A program made the translations under genes and the position numbers. The notes below the pieces were generated by a model. It did no database searches. It had not been told where the DNA came from and saw nothing but the letters and a program-made list of their open reading frames with translations. Source: an uncultured Actinomycetota bacterium (GTDB lineage: Bacteria; Actinomycetota; Actinomycetes; Streptosporangiales; Streptosporangiaceae). Taken from it: a stretch of 64,000 bases of DNA. Positions 1-8,994 of the stretch are shown here, in pieces. The stretch covers positions 12,498-76,497 of the forward strand of contig CAVTIR010000009.1 in NCBI GenBank assembly GCA_963734665.1, given 5' to 3'. Position 1 is the stretch's first letter; each line of letters begins with the position of its first letter.

Positions 1-24
1 CTCCGCGCACACGGCGACTGCAGG

Positions 25-342
25 TCACCGCCGACTCGAAGGCACCAACGGCCCTCGACGCGCGGTCAGCGGCGCCAGCGAGCCCGCAGAGAAATCGGGT
101 GCGAGTGCTAACGACGCCTGGGGTGCGCGAGACGAGAGCCAGTGCGCGATGGCCGCGGACCTGTTGTGCACGCCGAGCTTGGAGTAGATGCGTCTGACGT
201 GGTTCTTTACTGTTTTCTCCGCGAGGAACAGGTGCGCTGCGATCTCCCCGTTAGTGTGCCCGCCGGCGATCAGCGACATGACCTCAATCTCGCGCGCCGA
301 CAGGCCCAGGCTGGTTTCCTCATCAACCTGTGCACGGCTCAT
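25..342 (-). CDS. Stand-alone LuxR-family HTH transcriptional regulator
   Basis: [44 protein letters not shown] matches the LuxR/GerE HTH; no receiver domain. Confidence 0.85.
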   Translation of the reverse strand: MSRAQVDEETSLGLSAREIEVMSLIAGGHTNGEIAAHLFLAEKTVKNHVRRIYSKLGVHNRSAAIAHWLSSRAPQASLALAPDFSAGSLAPLTARRGPLVPSSRR

Positions 343-516
343 GAGACCTCCGGTTAAGTCAGTCCGTGATACGCAAGCACCAGCGCCTCACGATGTCAAG
401 ACCTACCTTTACAGGTACAGATACACCAAAACGGCGATGCTCAAACCGCCCGAAATGGAGCAGGCGTTACGCCTGCCCCATCTGGTGCCATTTCGGGGCC
501 GTCCCGCAGGGGCGTC

Positions 517-1833
517 TCAGCCGACCGTCGTGCCGCTGAGCAGCCCGGCCGGGACGGGCTTGCCCGCCTGCAGCGCGTTGAAGAGCTCAAGCGCCTGTGA
601 CCGATTCCACAGCACCGAGTCGCCGGCGCTCGTCTCGTAGTTGGCGTTGGCGATCGGTACGGTGCCCGTCTGCGGGCCCCGCAGCGCGAAGGCCGCCTGG
701 ATCAGGTCGTACAGGTTCGTGCCCTTGTCGACGGAGATGGAACTCGCAGCTGTCGAGGCGAAGGGGAACGACGTGAACGGGTTCAGGTACACGCCGGGGC
801 TCGTCGCCTTGGCCAGCAGTGCCGCGAGGAACGCCCGCTGGTCCTGGATCCGCTGCAGGTCCTCGGTCGCGAACGAGTGCCGGTCGCGGACGAACGCGAG
901 CGCCTGCGCGCCGTCAAGGTTGTGGCAGCCCGCGGACAGGTTGACGCCGGAGTCCGCGTCGGTGAGCGCTGTTGGCAGGCAGATCCGCACGCCGCCGACC
1001 GTGTTCACCACGCTGACCAGTCCATCGAACCCGATCCCCATGTAGTGGTTGATGCGCAGGCCGGTGACACTTTCGACCGTCTGGATGAGCAGGGACGGGC
1101 CGCCCAACGAGAGCGCGGCGTTGATCTTGTTCATCCCGTAACCCGGAATATCCACGTAGGAGTCGCGCGGAATGCTGATCAGTACCGGCTTTCCGCTCCC
1201 TATGTGCAGCAGCATGAGCGAGTCGGAATCGCCGTCACCGCTTCCGCCTTCCGTGCCCAAATGCAGTTGGTCGGCCGCCGCCTGGTCGAGCCCGGTGCGC
1301 GAGTCAGACCCGACGATCAGCCAGTTCGTCCCGGCGGACGTGCCGCTGTACGCGGGAAGCGCCACGGACCGGTTCAGCTTCCCGTTCACCCAGAAGTACG
1401 TCCCGCCAACTCCGGCGATAATCACGACCACGACGATGCCGATGATCAGGGCGATCCGCCGTCCGCGCCGCCCCGGCTGCCCCCAGAACCGCCAGCGCCG
1501 CCCGCCGCCGCGCGTCGGCGCGCCCCCGTAGGTGGAGCCTCCGTAAGGCGCGCCGTAACCGGGATCACCGGCACCGTTCCCGTAGCCGTCGCCGCCGTAC
1601 CCAGAACCGCTCCCGTAGCCGGGACTCCCGTACGGCGCGCCGGCCGCGCCGGGGGCGGTGGCCGGCGGCTGCGCGGGCCAGGAACTTCGCCCGGCGCCCG
1701 CCCCGGAACCGCTCTCCCGTGACGGTGGCATCCGCGATGAGAAACTGATGTCTTGCGTCGCGTCCGATCCGGGTGCACCGGCGGGCGGCTGCTCCGCTTG
1801 GTACCAGTCCTTCCAGGGGTCCGCATCACTCAT
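517..1833 (-). CDS. LCP (LytR-CpsA-Psr) family cell-wall glycopolymer ligase
   Basis: Gly/Pro-rich N-terminus, one TM helix, then NWLIVGSDSR, DSDSLML, SIPRDS, KINAA, ALAFVRDRH, DLQRIQDQR; start placed at ATG 1833 (MSDADPW). Confidence 0.9.
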   Translation of the reverse strand: MSDADPWKDWYQAEQPPAGAPGSDATQDISFSSRMPPSRESGSGAGAGRSSWPAQPPATAPGAAGAPYGSPGYGSGSGYGGDGYGNGAGDPGYGAPYGGSTYGGAPTRGGGRRWRFWGQPGRRGRRIALIIGIVVVVIIAGVGGTYFWVNGKLNRSVALPAYSGTSAGTNWLIVGSDSRTGLDQAAADQLHLGTEGGSGDGDSDSLMLLHIGSGKPVLISIPRDSYVDIPGYGMNKINAALSLGGPSLLIQTVESVTGLRINHYMGIGFDGLVSVVNTVGGVRICLPTALTDADSGVNLSAGCHNLDGAQALAFVRDRHSFATEDLQRIQDQRAFLAALLAKATSPGVYLNPFTSFPFASTAASSISVDKGTNLYDLIQAAFALRGPQTGTVPIANANYETSAGDSVLWNRSQALELFNALQAGKPVPAGLLSGTTVG

Positions 1834-2138
1834 TGGGCATCCCTCCACCAGCCATCGACCCGCCACCGAACGCTTCCCGCCGTCTGTCTTCCCAACCAGA
1901 CAACGGCCCGGACCTGCCCTCAGGTTCAAAATCCGCGAAAGGGGGCGACTTCGTTACCAGAACGCTCATCTGGTGGATGACCCCAGCCCCCATCCGCCAC
2001 GGGCCGCAGACCACTATCGCGCGAGTATCACGCAAGTGCCACGGGGAAGTGTACCTGCGGTATCGATTGGTGAGAGATTAAGCCGCAGATGAGCCGGGAA
2101 CCATGCTCCCGGGGTGCTGGGCGCGACAAGGGGGAACC

Positions 2139-2342
2139 GTGTCCACGCAAGTTACCAACGAGGATGGCACCGAAGCTGACCTGATCGAGCACCTGCGACA
2201 CGTGCACCAGAAGGGCACCAAGGGCTTCACCAACGAGTACCTGGCGAGCCTGCACAAGACGCTCCACCAGAGCAAGCGCGACCCAGAACTGGAGCACACC
2301 CACCCCGAGGACGAGCCCGCCCAGGAGAAGGCCGACGCCTAA
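2139..2342 (+). CDS. Small His-rich hypothetical protein
   Basis: GTG 2139 after purine-rich AAGGGGGAA; GC3-rich codons; followed by a hairpin. Confidence 0.6.
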   Translation: MSTQVTNEDGTEADLIEHLRHVHQKGTKGFTNEYLASLHKTLHQSKRDPELEHTHPEDEPAQEKADA

Positions 2343-2365
2343 AACGCGAAGCGGCCTGAAGACCG

Positions 2366-2402
2366 AAAGCGCCCCGGCGCGACAAGACCGCGCCGGGCTC
2401 TT
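2366..2402. terminator. GC-rich hairpin, probable terminator
   Basis: CCCGGCGCG-acaagac-CGCGCCGGG between convergent units. Confidence 0.55.
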
Positions 2403-2410
2403 CGAGAACA

Positions 2411-2444
2411 TGGGGTGAGTGATGGGACTTGAACCCACGACATC
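2411..2444 (-). repeat. att-like duplicate of the tRNA-His 3' end
   Basis: TGGGGTGAGTGATGGGACTTGAACCCACGACATC matches 8085-8118 at 32/34 positions. Confidence 0.9.
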
Positions 2445-2447
2445 GGT

Positions 2448-3203
2448 TCATGCCGGCGCGTGCCGGCGGCGTGGTTGCTCGGCGGCAGTCGCGAAGGCTG
2501 CGGTGGGGCTGTCGAGGACGTGGCAGGCGACGTCGGTGAGCCGCTGGTTGGTGTTCCTGGCGTGATTGCGGAGCAGCGCGAAGGCCTGGTCCATGTCCAG
2601 GCCGAGCCGCTCGGCGATCCTGCCTTTGGCCTGCTCGATGACGACCCGGCTGTTCAGCGCCGCCTGGAGCTGCTCGGCGAGGGTCTCGGCGCGGCGCACG
2701 TTCCGCTCTTGCAGCAGGCCGATCGTGGCCACGTCGGCCAGCGCCTGCCCGATGCGCAGGTCGCCCTCGCCGAGCGGGCCGGTCTCGGTGCTGAACAGGT
2801 TCAGCGCGCCGATGACCTGGTCCCGCAGCCGCATCGGCAGGGCATGGACGGCGACGAACCCGGCCTCCGTGGCGGCAGCTGCGAACCGGGACCACGGCTG
2901 ATCCGGCCCGGCCAGGTCGGCAGCGCTGACCGGATGGCCGGTGCGGAAGCAGTCCAGGCACGGGCCCTGGTCGTTCTGGATCTGGAACAGCTCGACCAGC
3001 TCGGCCGCGTCACTGGAGGCCGCGGCTACCCGTAGCTGGCTACGGGGGTCGGCGAGCAGCACCCCGGCCGCGGACGCAGACAGCAGCTGGGTGCTGCGGT
3101 GGGCAAGCATGTGCAGGAAGTCGATCACGTCGAAGTCGGCGACCATTGTGTCCGCAAGGTCGATGAAGGTGTCCGATAGCAGTTCGGTGTCCATCTCGGT
3201 CAC
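2448..3203 (-). CDS. GAF + ANTAR domain RNA-binding regulator
   Basis: DFDVIDFLH, ELFQIQNDQGPCLDC, ALPMRLRDQVIGALNLF, and ANTAR motif LNSRVVIEQAKGRIAER...AFALLRNHAR. Confidence 0.92.
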   Translation of the reverse strand: MTEMDTELLSDTFIDLADTMVADFDVIDFLHMLAHRSTQLLSASAAGVLLADPRSQLRVAAASSDAAELVELFQIQNDQGPCLDCFRTGHPVSAADLAGPDQPWSRFAAAATEAGFVAVHALPMRLRDQVIGALNLFSTETGPLGEGDLRIGQALADVATIGLLQERNVRRAETLAEQLQAALNSRVVIEQAKGRIAERLGLDMDQAFALLRNHARNTNQRLTDVACHVLDSPTAAFATAAEQPRRRHAPA

Positions 3204-3268
3204 CTCTTTCCGCTAGTAGGAAGGACGGCTGCGCGGGGTCCGGCAGCCGTGGGCGGGGGCCGGATGCG

Positions 3269-3422
3269 TCATGGGGCGCCGTCCCGGCCAGGGTCGTCGT
3301 GCAGTCGCAGGCGCCGGGCGACGATGTCGCGGGCGACGTCGGCCAGCCGGCGGTCGTGTACGTAAGCGTAGGCGCGAAGCCGGACGAATGCCTCGGCCAC
3401 TTGGACGCCTAGCTGCACCGCA
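3269..3422 (-). pseudogene. C-terminal ANTAR domain remnant
   Basis: My translation: AVQLGVQVAEAFVRLRAYAYVHDRRLADVARDIVARRLRL...stop; no own start or GAF domain. Confidence 0.75.
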
Positions 3423-3644
3423 TCACCCAGGTCGGCCGCCTGCCTCGACCAGGAACACCGCCCCGGCAGCGGTCAGCGAAACTTGGTGCGTGCTGCGCTC
3501 GACGAGGCGGACCCCGAGCTCGCGTTCCAGCCGCCGCACCTGCTGGCTCAGCCCAGACTGCACGATGTGCTCCCGCTCGGCCGCCCGGCCGAAATGCAGT
3601 TCCTCGGCTAGCGTCACGAAGTAGCGCAGCTGACGCAGCTCCAC
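3423..3644 (-). pseudogene. Truncated LysR-family regulator (HTH only)
   Basis: [61 protein letters not shown], then a stop; substrate-binding domain missing. Confidence 0.85.
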
Positions 3645-3972
3645 ACCTGCCGCCAAATCCGTGTCCGGTCCATCCCTGTACTCCCGGCAAGTGCCCGCCG
3701 GATCGCGGGACGCGGTATCACCGCCGTGGGCAGCGAAATCCGCACAAACGCCTACCCAGCCCAGGACAGGAAAACCACGCGCCACGCCAACTCCGCGCCT
3801 GGGCTTTCCGGAATGCCTGGCCGGCCCGTCGCGGGGCAGCGTGCCAGGTGATCAGTTCTGGTGATAGGTCCTACGCAGGTTGCCCGTTTCCGCAGCGCCG
3901 CTACCAGGGTTGACTTGCTGATGACCAGCCGGGCCGGACCCGGCGTATCTGTCACGGCAAGGGGGCCCTGCC

Positions 3973-4284
3973 ATGATCCCGGCCCAGAACATGGCCCTGG
4001 ACACGGCCGCCATCAGCCAGAACGGCTCAGCGTCGCATTGCGAGCACCTCGACGGGCTCGCGCCGGTCACACCCCTGTCGGATGCCTGCCGGGACTGCCG
4101 GGACCACGCTGACCGCCAGACCCCCCTCGTGGTCTGCCTGACCTGCGGCTGGGTGGCCTGCTCCGACGGCTCACCCGGCCGCCACGCCAGGGCGCACTAC
4201 GAGGAGACCGACCACCCGGTGGCCGCCAACGTGGAGCCGGGATCGCGGTGGAGATGGTGCTACGTCCACCGGCGTCTCGTCTGA
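3973..4284 (+). CDS. UBP-type zinc-finger protein
   Basis: CEH, CxxC, CLTCGWVACSDGSPGRHARAHY, WRWCY pattern. Confidence 0.88.
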   Translation: MIPAQNMALDTAAISQNGSASHCEHLDGLAPVTPLSDACRDCRDHADRQTPLVVCLTCGWVACSDGSPGRHARAHYEETDHPVAANVEPGSRWRWCYVHRRLV

Positions 4285-4494
4285 CCCGGCATGGAGGGTG
4301 ATCGGCTATGGTGATGGGCCCTTCCCTGATCGGCTGTTTCCCGCAGTGCAGGGGCGCGCTTGACTCAGAGGTCAACGCACCAGGCCCGGTGTCAGCGCTC
4401 CTGCTGCCCGCAGGCCAGCTGCCTTGATGGGAGCGCGGAGCCAGCATCCGTTCGGGATAAAGGTTTAGATCTTCTCGACAAGGAGGTGCGCCGG

Positions 4495-5301
4495 TTAGCC
4501 GACGCCCTGCCCCAGGAGCCGATTCCACCGGCGGGGCTTGGCGAGCGCTCTGTCCGTTGCCCGGTCGTGCGCCAGGATCTCCTCGGTGTCGTCCAGCGGT
4601 TCCAGCTCTACGTCCCCGTAGCGCCTGCGCAGGGCAGCCTGGATCAGCCAGTCGGCAAGGCACGGGTTCTTCGGGAATGCGGGGCCGTGCAGGTAGGTGC
4701 CGATGGCGTTCTTATAGACGCAACCCTCCAGGCCGTCCTGGGAGTTGTTGCCGCCGCCGGCCAGGGTCTTACCTAGTGGGCGGGCACCGGAGTGCAGGTA
4801 GGTTCTGCCGCCGTGATTCTCGAAGCCGACGAGGATCTGCTCGCCCCATTGCACGACAAGGTTCCCGACCGCCCTGACACTGCCCGCCTTTGCGATCGTG
4901 TCCATAGTGGTTCCGGTCTGTGCGGCCCGGTGGATGGTGTGGGCGTCGAAGATACCCAGGCCGGGGAGCTCGTCACCGCTCGCAGTGCAGTAGGAGTGGC
5001 CCCATAGCTGATAGCCGGCGCAGACGGCGAAGGCGGCCGCGCCCTCCTCGATCGCGCGGCGGATCCCGTCCCCTTTCACGTGCAGCAAGTCCTCGCAGAC
5101 AAGCCGCTGGTGCGTGTCGGCTCCGCCGCCGACGAGGAGCAGGTCAATTTCGCCGGGATCGATGGTGTCGCTCAGCTCGGACGCTCTCACGTCGGCATCT
5201 ATCCCGCGCCACTGGCACCGCCTGACGATGGTGGTCACGTTCCCGAGGTCGCCGTATTGGCTCATTACGCTCGGGTAGAGGTAGCCGATGACGATCCTCA
5301 T
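4495..5301 (-). CDS. gatD: GatD, lipid II isoglutaminyl synthase glutaminase subunit (CobQ-like GATase)
   Basis: YGDLGN, VGGGAD, AVCAGYQL, GFENHGGRT, TYLHGP; ATG 5301 overlaps the murT stop (ATGA). Confidence 0.9.
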   Translation of the reverse strand: MRIVIGYLYPSVMSQYGDLGNVTTIVRRCQWRGIDADVRASELSDTIDPGEIDLLLVGGGADTHQRLVCEDLLHVKGDGIRRAIEEGAAAFAVCAGYQLWGHSYCTASGDELPGLGIFDAHTIHRAAQTGTTMDTIAKAGSVRAVGNLVVQWGEQILVGFENHGGRTYLHSGARPLGKTLAGGGNNSQDGLEGCVYKNAIGTYLHGPAFPKNPCLADWLIQAALRRRYGDVELEPLDDTEEILAHDRATDRALAKPRRWNRLLGQGVG

Positions 5302-6785
5302 CGCGGCGCTGCCTCCCTGGACTGAGCCTGGCGCCAGAACGGAGCCAGGTGGCCGCGCCGGACCAGTTCCCGGCGCAGCGCCCACATCGCCGTGTACGTA
5401 GTGAGTACATACAAAGTCTCCCCTGGGGGAGTTCGGGCGAGCGCGGCTTCGAAGGCCCTGGTCATGTCCTCCTCCACGAGCAGCGGGACACCCGCGCCAG
5501 CATCCGGGGACCCGGAGTCCGGGTTCAGGAGCCCGGCGTACTTCAGGCGCACCACCAGGTCGCTCGCTCGCTGGCCCGAGACTGCCATGAGGCCGGTTCG
5601 CCCCCGGCACATCTCAAGGTCGACGTCCCAGATCCACGACACGTCACGTCCGTCCGGACCGTTGTCGTTCAGCCCCAGGAGCAGCCACCGGGGACCGTCC
5701 TGTGAGTTCACCAGGCGAAGCCCTTCGTTGAAGCCGCTCGGATTCTTCACCAGCAGCACGCAGGCATGCTTATCGCCGATGCGGACGTGTTCGAGGCGCC
5801 CGAAGGCACCCACCACGCTGTCCGCCGCCGCCTGCACCAGGTCCATTTCCACCCCCAGGCAGGACGCCCCAGCCGAGGCGGCCAGCGCATTGCAGGCGTT
5901 GTACAGGCCTCCCAGCGGCAGCTGGATGGTCCGCTCGCCAGCGGGTGTGGTGACCCGTGACCGGCTGCCCTCCAGCCCTTGCAGCTCTATGTTCCAGGCC
6001 ACGAAACGCGGATCCGGACGCCGCCAGCCGCACTGGCCGCAGGCGTAGTGACCAAGGTGAGCGTAGAAGCTCAGGCCGTAGTAAAGGTCGTGACCGCACT
6101 TCGGGCACCGGCGGGAATCGGCCGCGTGCTCCAGGCCTGGCTTCGCCCACTGACGGTCGTCCATGCCGAAGTACAGGACCTTGGCGTTCAGATCCGCGCC
6201 AAGATAGGCCACCTGAGGGTCATCCGCGTTGAGCACCACTGTGGTCGTCGGCGGCAGCCGCTGGAGGACCTGCCGCCAGAGCTGAGCTACGAAATCAACC
6301 TCGAAGTACCTGTCCAGCTGGTCGCGGAACAGGTTGGTGATCACCACCAGGCGCGGGGTGAGGGCAGCAACCGCAGGCCGGAACGCTCCTTCATCCACCT
6401 CGAACACGCCGATGGCCGAGGGTGACGCGGCGAGGCGTCCCCGGCGGTCGGTACGCAGGAGCAGCGCGGTTGCGATTCCCGGGAGCAGGTTTGAGCCTTC
6501 GGGGTTGGTGATCACCTCCAGCCCCGCGCCGCGCATCGCGCCCGCGAGGATCCGGGTGGTAGTTGTCTTCCCGTTCGTTCCCGTCACCAGCACGGAGCCA
6601 TTGGGGATCGCCTGCCCAAGATCATGGACCAGCGCGGGATCTATCCGCCCGGCCAGTTGACCCGGCAGCGTGGTGCCACCGCCGCGGCGAAGGGCCCGGG
6701 ACACCACCCTGGCTGTCTTGCCCGCGGCGACGGCCGCCGCACGGGCTGTCGCGGGCGCCAGGCCGCCCGCCCGCACGCTAGGCAC
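5298..6785 (-). CDS. murT: MurT, lipid II isoglutaminyl synthase Mur-ligase subunit (DUF1727)
   Basis: GTNGKTTT P-loop, EVDEG, NLFRDQLDRY, CPKC..CGQC zinc finger, VKNPSG, DGRDVSWIWDVD, TYTAM. Confidence 0.92.
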   Translation of the reverse strand: MPSVRAGGLAPATARAAAVAAGKTARVVSRALRRGGGTTLPGQLAGRIDPALVHDLGQAIPNGSVLVTGTNGKTTTTRILAGAMRGAGLEVITNPEGSNLLPGIATALLLRTDRRGRLAASPSAIGVFEVDEGAFRPAVAALTPRLVVITNLFRDQLDRYFEVDFVAQLWRQVLQRLPPTTTVVLNADDPQVAYLGADLNAKVLYFGMDDRQWAKPGLEHAADSRRCPKCGHDLYYGLSFYAHLGHYACGQCGWRRPDPRFVAWNIELQGLEGSRSRVTTPAGERTIQLPLGGLYNACNALAASAGASCLGVEMDLVQAAADSVVGAFGRLEHVRIGDKHACVLLVKNPSGFNEGLRLVNSQDGPRWLLLGLNDNGPDGRDVSWIWDVDLEMCRGRTGLMAVSGQRASDLVVRLKYAGLLNPDSGSPDAGAGVPLLVEEDMTRAFEAALARTPPGETLYVLTTYTAMWALRRELVRRGHLAPFWRQAQSREAAPR

Positions 6786-7725
6786 CGGCCTTCTCCGCGA
6801 ACAACGACAGCCAGTAGGGACGGACGATCATGTCGATGACATGGCACTGGCTCTCGAACGGCAGCTTTTCCGCCATGGCGGTGAATGCGGAGTTGCTGGA
6901 ATGACAGCCGACCTCGAGCGGGATCTCCTGGTCGTAGTAGTCGGTCATGCGGATCACGCGCATTTCCTGGTCGCGGAGCCACGACACGACGTCCCGAAGC
7001 TGCAGGTGCTTTTCCCACACGTGCAGGAACTCGTCGACTACCCAGTTGTCGTCATCCAGGTCGACTGGCGGGGCGGTGTAGTAGTTCTTGAAATTCCGGT
7101 CCCCGCGCGCCCAGATCCGCACCGCCTCGGTCCTGGCCGCGTCGTCGTCGGGGACGGTCGCCGTGATGAGCCGGACGATCTCCTGCTGCACCCGGCGCTG
7201 CCAGTTCCCGTAGTAGCCGTAGACCCCCAGGCGAAGAATCCCGCCTGGCTTGAGGGCCCGGCACAAGATCGCGATCCCGGCCGCCGGGTCCGGCAGGTGA
7301 TGAGCGGTTCCCCACGACACGATGTAGTCGAACTGCTCCGTAAGGTCAAGGGTGGTGATGTCCTGCACGTAGGCGCGGGCGTTCGTGACGCCTTCGTTGC
7401 GCAGCGTCTCATTGACCAGGTCGACGGAAGCCGGGGAGATGTCGTAACCCGTAAAGGACGCCTCAGGGAACTCGCGAGCGTAATCGAGCATCATGAGCCC
7501 GGTGCCGCAGGCAATGTCACCGAACTGGAGGCCCTGCGGATCGACGCCCTGCTCCGTGAGGAACCGGCGGACGTAAGCGGCGTGGCGGCGGTAGCTGTAC
7601 TTGCGCTGCGCCGGCGGGAACGGATGCCGCACATACATGTCCCGGACAGCGCGGACGACGCCGGGAGGCGGCAAACCGCCAGGATCCGCTTGGCCAGAAG
7701 CGGGGAGATCGTGATGTGGTGCCAA
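6778..7725 (-). CDS. Class I SAM-dependent methyltransferase
   Basis: DIACGTG motif I, GYDIS, FDYIVSWGTAHHLPDP, LKPGG; stop overlaps the murT GTG. Confidence 0.9.
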   Translation of the reverse strand: MAPHHDLPASGQADPGGLPPPGVVRAVRDMYVRHPFPPAQRKYSYRRHAAYVRRFLTEQGVDPQGLQFGDIACGTGLMMLDYAREFPEASFTGYDISPASVDLVNETLRNEGVTNARAYVQDITTLDLTEQFDYIVSWGTAHHLPDPAAGIAILCRALKPGGILRLGVYGYYGNWQRRVQQEIVRLITATVPDDDAARTEAVRIWARGDRNFKNYYTAPPVDLDDDNWVVDEFLHVWEKHLQLRDVVSWLRDQEMRVIRMTDYYDQEIPLEVGCHSSNSAFTAMAEKLPFESQCHVIDMIVRPYWLSLFAEKAGA

Positions 7726-8035
7726 CGTAAGTCCTCCTCTGGACAGTGAACCCTGGCACCGGAGGCACGCTAACTGGCGCGCATCTCAGCCGCAGGGCAC
7801 CCCCGCTACAGCCTGCTGTCTTTAGCGGTGAAAACGTGTTTTCCCGGCATCGCCGAGCACAAACCCGCTGGCAGGAATGCTGCGACCGCGGCGCGCGCCC
7901 GGACAGCCGCGTGCGCAGCGTTACAGGCGCACCTATATGCCGCGGCTTGAACTCAGCAGCCGCACCGGGGAGTCACGAGTAGTCACGAAGCGGCTGCTGA
8001 CGGGATCGCCGGTAAAAATCGGGCATCGGTAAGAC

Positions 8036-8069
8036 GAAGGCCCCGGTCCGTTTCCGGACCAGGGCCTTT
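8036..8069 (-). terminator. Hairpin terminator downstream of tRNA-His
   Basis: AAGGCCCCGGTCCG-tttc-CGGACCAGGGCCTT. Confidence 0.7.
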
Positions 8070-8084
8070 GACCTGCTTATTTGC

Positions 8085-8161
8085 TGGGGTGAGTGACGGG
8101 ACTTGAACCCGCGACATCCAGGACCACAACCTGGCGCTCTACCAGCTGAGCTACACCCACC
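8085..8161 (-). tRNA. tRNA-His (GTG)
   Basis: Reverse complement folds as a cloverleaf: G-1, GTGGGTG/CACTCAC acceptor stem, CCAGG-TTGTGGT-CCTGG anticodon arm, GGTTCAAGTCC T-loop, encoded CCA. Confidence 0.97.
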
Positions 8162-8232
8162 ATGTACCTTCGCCCGAAGGCTGTCACGAGTATAGCGAAC
8201 CGCGACAGTGGGAACGAACCAGTTAGCCAGTG

Positions 8233-8835
8233 CTACGACTGCTTGCTGGTGTACCGCGCGGCGATCTCCCGCGCGGTCGCCGAGTCGGGCCCCGGCTGCG
8301 GCACGAACACCGTGTCCCTGTAGTAGCGCAACTCCCGCACGGACTCGGTGATGTCGGCAAGCGCCCGGTGCCCGCCGTGCTTGTCGGGCGAGGCGAAGTA
8401 GGCCCGCGGATACCACCGCCGCGCCAGTTCCTTGACCGAGGAGACGTCGATCATCCGGTAGTGCAGCCAGTTGTCGAGCTCAGGCATGTCGCGGGCGATG
8501 AACCAGCGGTCAGTGGCGATCGAGTTGCCGCAGAGCGGCACCTTGCGGGCCTCCCGCACATGGTGCTTGACGTACGCGAGCACCGCGTCGGACGCCTCCG
8601 CGAGCGTCATGCCGCCCTCCAAGCCGGCGAGCAGCCCCGAGGTCGTATGCATGGTCCGCACGATGTCGCTCATCTGGTCGAGCGCCTCGGCCGGCGGCTT
8701 GATGATGAGGTCGATCCCGCCGTCAAGCAGGTTCAGGTCATTGTCCGTGACCAAGCACGCGATCTCTATCAGCGCGTCCCGCTCGATGTCGAGCCCCGTC
8801 ATCTCGCAGTCGATCCACACTAGCCGGTCGTTCAT
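8233..8835 (-). CDS. orn: Oligoribonuclease
   Basis: LVWIDCEMTGL, LCGNSI, LHYRMIDVSSVKEL, HRALADI; orn next to tRNA-His is a usual actinobacterial arrangement. Confidence 0.96.
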   Translation of the reverse strand: MNDRLVWIDCEMTGLDIERDALIEIACLVTDNDLNLLDGGIDLIIKPPAEALDQMSDIVRTMHTTSGLLAGLEGGMTLAEASDAVLAYVKHHVREARKVPLCGNSIATDRWFIARDMPELDNWLHYRMIDVSSVKELARRWYPRAYFASPDKHGGHRALADITESVRELRYYRDTVFVPQPGPDSATAREIAARYTSKQS

Positions 8836-8994
8836 TCCAACAAGGGTAAAGGCAAAATGCATTATCCCGAACGTATCCATGCTCCGCCCGGTCCGCCCGC
8901 TCCTGCGTCAGGGCGTGGCGAACGAGGTGAAACACGAATACGTTCGGGCTAACCCCAAAACTCCGCCCCCGCAAACCCGCACTCCCACGCGGCG

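Larger units (their letters stand above)
2411..8118. mobile_element. Degenerate genomic islet integrated at tRNA-His (no integrase visible)
   Basis: Direct repeat of the tRNA 3' end at both borders; accessory cargo and gene fragments inside. Confidence 0.7.

Noticed and set aside
2411-2444. Second tRNA gene
   Set aside because: Only the T-arm and 3' acceptor strand are present; similarity ends at 2444, with no anticodon or D arm.
2445-8084. Active prophage or ICE
   Set aside because: No integrase, transposase, conjugation or virion gene is recognisable in the islet or anywhere in the window.
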